Below, piece by piece: positions 63,644 through 64,000 of a stretch of 64,000 nucleotides of DNA. The stretch's first letter is position 1; each line of letters begins with the position of its first letter. The notes below the pieces were generated by a model. That model did not search any database. It saw only the letters and a program-made list of their open reading frames with translations, and had not been told where the DNA came from. The translations under genes and the position numbers were made by a program. The stretch is from an uncultured virus (IMG/VR IMGVR_UViG_3300025138_000017) (lineage: Duplodnaviria > Heunggongvirae > Uroviricota > Caudoviricetes), in the IMG/VR virus record IMGVR_UViG_3300025138_000017, one strand, 5' to 3'.

Positions 63644-64000
63644 CTAAGCCTTTAATTTAAACGCGCTATCCCCAAATACGCTACCAGTATTTATAAAACT
63701 TACTCGACTAGCATCATAACCTATTATAGCTGATCCTGGCTCGCCTCCGTTTCCTGACTGTGCGTATTGAGAATAGTGGGTTCCTGGGTTAGCAACATTC
63801 TGTGATGCATCTGAGTCATCATTATACCCGCCTGCACCTGTTCCTAGTTGACCTAGTAATCCACCATTTCCTCCATGTATGCCTAATGCTGTGGATGCAT
63901 TAGTGCCATTTCTATCTGAACTGCTTTCTGAAATGAAAGCTCCTGAATTCCATCCAGCACCAGTTCCACCGATGCCTCCAGAGCTACTTACTCCGTTTAC
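63644..64000 (-). CDS. C-terminal part of a glycine-rich protein, resembling a T-even gp38-type adhesin (5' end outside the window)
   Basis: Translated by hand: SSGGIGGTGAGW...GGNGGLLGQLGTGAGG...GNGGEPGSAIIGYDASRVSFINTGSVFGDSAFKLKA*. Confidence 0.6.
   Translation of the reverse strand, partial: VNGVSSSGGIGGTGAGWNSGAFISESSSDRNGTNASTALGIHGGNGGLLGQLGTGAGGYNDDSDASQNVANPGTHYSQYAQSGNGGEPGSAIIGYDASRVSFINTGSVFGDSAFKLKA
63688..63695 (-). promoter_or_regulatory. Late promoter TATAAATA for the giant gene
   Basis: Exact consensus about 50 nt upstream of the TTG start, inside the upstream gene's 3' end. Confidence 0.6.

Noticed and set aside
63700..63702. TAA as the stop of the terminal partial gene
   Set aside because: It is out of frame; the glycine-rich frame continues to TAG at 63644-63646.

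Overview
This 64 kb window comes from an AT-rich, T4-like myovirus genome, with almost all genes on the minus strand. Its gene content (peptide deformylase, Hsp20, 2OG-Fe(II) oxygenases) resembles marine T4-like phages, but the host cannot be determined. Reading right to left in transcription order, it holds: (1) a partial glycine-rich adhesin-like gene; (2) a giant 3134-aa Tyr-rich tetrad-repeat protein followed by a glycosyltransferase and an oxygenase-like gene; (3) the neck, tail, terminase and head module (gp13-gp23); (4) an island of small genes with sigma70-type promoters and a tRNA-Arg(UCU); (5) gp3, uvsY, uvsW, gp55, a SET-domain gene, gp47/gp46 and def; (6) a 7-deazaguanine DNA-modification cluster (queE, queD, folE2, a DpdL-like QueD paralogue and a TGT/DpdA-like protein); (7) the replication core (gp45, gp44, gp62, regA, gp43, uvsX, gp41), interleaved with sugar- and amide-modifying enzymes; and (8) a late block with a nuclease-like, a ligase-like and a nucleotidyltransferase gene. 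The most striking feature is the giant protein. Its two arms of about 1400 residues are positional mirror images: seven landmark motif pairs have residue numbers summing to exactly 3370. The arms flank a Cys-closed acidic loop, which suggests one antiparallel beta-hairpin fibre up to about 0.5 micrometre long, encoded beside candidate modifying enzymes. All protein family calls come from motif recognition by eye; no searches were run.
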